Under the pieces are notes generated by a model. That model ran no database searches. It was given only the letters and a program-made list of their open reading frames with translations, and was not told where the DNA came from. Shown in pieces: positions 62,549 through 64,000 of a stretch of 64,000 nt of DNA. The DNA comes from Chloroflexota bacterium. Its GTDB lineage: Bacteria; Chloroflexota; UBA11872; UBA12225; JAJDUF01. Position numbers and translations under genes: made by a program. The stretch is taken from positions 85,519 to 149,518 of the forward strand of contig JAJDUF010000006.1 in NCBI GenBank assembly GCA_022826725.1. The letters are read 5' to 3'. How positions within the stretch are numbered: the stretch's first letter is position 1; every line of letters begins with the position of its first letter.

Positions 62549-63976
62549 CTAGAGTTGATAGGGCTGAAAGGTGGCCGCCAGTCGTTCGGGGATAGTACCG
62601 GTGATGACGGTACCCTGGGCCTCGTACTGTTCGTCCTCGACCGTTCCCGAGGTATGGAAGAGTTGGACCAGTCTGCCCAGCCGATACGGGATGCGGACCC
62701 GCAGCTGGACCTGGTCCTCGGCGGCGATGGTGGCTTGGATCACTTGAAGCAAGTCATCGAGACCGTCGCCGTGTACCGCGCTGATCGGCACCGGGTTGGG
62801 CAACTCCGCAAATTGATCGCTTGGCCCGTCTCCCTTTGCATCGGTAGTGGATTGTGCGGCATAGGCAGTCAGGGAGCGCCTGGCAGCGGGCGGGAGCAGG
62901 TCCAGCTTGTTGAGCGCCGTAATCATCGGCTTGGCGGAGATGTGGAGCGCGTTCAGTGTGTGGCCTACGGTGGCGATCTGCTCGCGCATATTGGGATGCG
63001 TAGCGTCCACGACGTGGACCAAGACATCGGCCTCGTCCACCTCTTCCAGCGTGGCCCGGAACGCGGCAATGACGTTGGTAGGCAGCCGTTGGATGAACCC
63101 GACCGTGTCGGTCAACAGGATGGCTTGTCCGCCCGGCAGCTGCACCCGCCGCGTCGTGGGATCGAGGGTGGCAAAGAGCTTGTCTTCCCGGAGCACGTCG
63201 GCATTGGTGAGAGCGTGGAGCAGGGTGGACTTGCCGGCATTGGTGTAGCCGACGAGCGCGACAATCGGTGGGCCGGCGACCTTGCGCCGGGACCGATACA
63301 GCCCGCGCTGGGAGCTGATGGCCGCGATCTTTTTCTTCAACTCGGCAATGCGCCGTCCAATACTGCGCCGGTCCGTTTCCAGTTGGGTTTCGCCGGGGCC
63401 GCGGGTAGCGATACGACCGCCGCGGGCCCCGCCGGTACCGGCCTCGGCGCCACCGAGTCGGGACCACTCTTCCCAAATCTGGCTCAGGCGGGGACGCAGG
63501 TACTCCAACTGGGCCAGCTCGACCTGGAGCTGGCCCTCCCTTGTCTGGGCACGTCGGGCGAAGATGTCCAGAATGAGCGCCGTCCGATCCACCACCCGGC
63601 GCCGCAGCCGCTCGCCGAGGTTCCGCTGCTGGGTAGGGCTGAGGTTGAGATCAAAGATGGCGAGGTCGGCCTGCTCCGCGGAGAGAAAGTTGCCCAACTC
63701 GGCCACTTTGCCGGGGCCGATGTAGGTCGCCGGATACGGTCGGTTCAGCCGCTGTACGAGCGTCCCTACGACCTCGGCACCAGCGGTATTGGCCAGCAGG
63801 GCCAACTCGGCGAGCGAGTCTTCCAGCGGGAGCACGGCGGCGCCGGGCGCGTCCGTATTCGGCTCTCTGGAACCTTGTCGTACCTCAACGCCGACCAGAA
63901 TGGCGCGCTCGGGGTAGGCGCGAACCGTTGCCGGGTCAAGTGCTTGCTGCGCCAGCCGGCTATTGAGGCGGTCCAT
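62549..63976 (-). CDS. hflX: GTPase HflX
   Basis: ..ERAILVGV......., LDIFA.RA.T.EG.LQVELAQL.Y, VALVGYTNAGKSTLL.ALT (G1), DTVGFI..LP and ALNK.D. Confidence 0.9.
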   Translation of the reverse strand: MDRLNSRLAQQALDPATVRAYPERAILVGVEVRQGSREPNTDAPGAAVLPLEDSLAELALLANTAGAEVVGTLVQRLNRPYPATYIGPGKVAELGNFLSAEQADLAIFDLNLSPTQQRNLGERLRRRVVDRTALILDIFARRAQTREGQLQVELAQLEYLRPRLSQIWEEWSRLGGAEAGTGGARGGRIATRGPGETQLETDRRSIGRRIAELKKKIAAISSQRGLYRSRRKVAGPPIVALVGYTNAGKSTLLHALTNADVLREDKLFATLDPTTRRVQLPGGQAILLTDTVGFIQRLPTNVIAAFRATLEEVDEADVLVHVVDATHPNMREQIATVGHTLNALHISAKPMITALNKLDLLPPAARRSLTAYAAQSTTDAKGDGPSDQFAELPNPVPISAVHGDGLDDLLQVIQATIAAEDQVQLRVRIPYRLGRLVQLFHTSGTVEDEQYEAQGTVITGTIPERLAATFQPYQL

Positions 63977-64000
63977 GGCCGCCTGTGCCCAGCGAGTAGC

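Overview
High-G+C bacterial chromosomal segment. Gene content and repeat style resemble Chloroflexota, but that is inference only. I support about 60 protein genes, one tRNA-Arg(ACG), one IS5-family insertion sequence and many short structured intergenic repeats. Readable blocks: (i) DUF62 SAM hydrolase, an unknown protein, a vapBC-type TA pair, a PQQ sugar dehydrogenase, a glutaredoxin and a nicotinamidase; (ii) a large polytopic membrane protein and a flavoprotein disulfide reductase; (iii) plsX and an orphan nitrile-hydratase-alpha-like gene; (iv) a CoA-ester catabolic cluster (MaoC, acyl-CoA dehydrogenase, DUF35 plus thiolase, SDR, CoA-transferase); (v) a second vapBC pair bracketed by about 98-bp direct repeats; (vi) pntAA-pntAB-pntB transhydrogenase; (vii) an aminotransferase, a Cas4-like PD-(D/E)XK nuclease, a hypothetical protein and an amidase; (viii) a lower-G+C islet with an IS inserted into a nonsense-mutated HEPN-like gene; (ix) a complete MoxR-DUF58-DUF4381-BatABCDE operon; (x) a spondin_N/SBP fusion and two SH3 membrane paralogs; (xi) GH5, a MenG/UbiE-FemAB fusion, polyprenyl synthase, tatD, rsmI and a split nadE; (xii) a glycan-modification cluster and hflX. 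I found no clear-cut novel multi-gene system. The most unusual observations are: a hairpin repeat inserted in frame inside the acyl-CoA dehydrogenase gene; a Zn-ribbon/[2Fe-2S] ferredoxin reading frame interrupted by two in-frame UGA codons in identical GGG-TGA context; at least six families of modular repeats that are all co-oriented on one strand; and the vapBC cassette flanked by long direct repeats. Many long ORFs in the six-frame track are antisense or shadow ORFs typical of GC-rich DNA and were not called.
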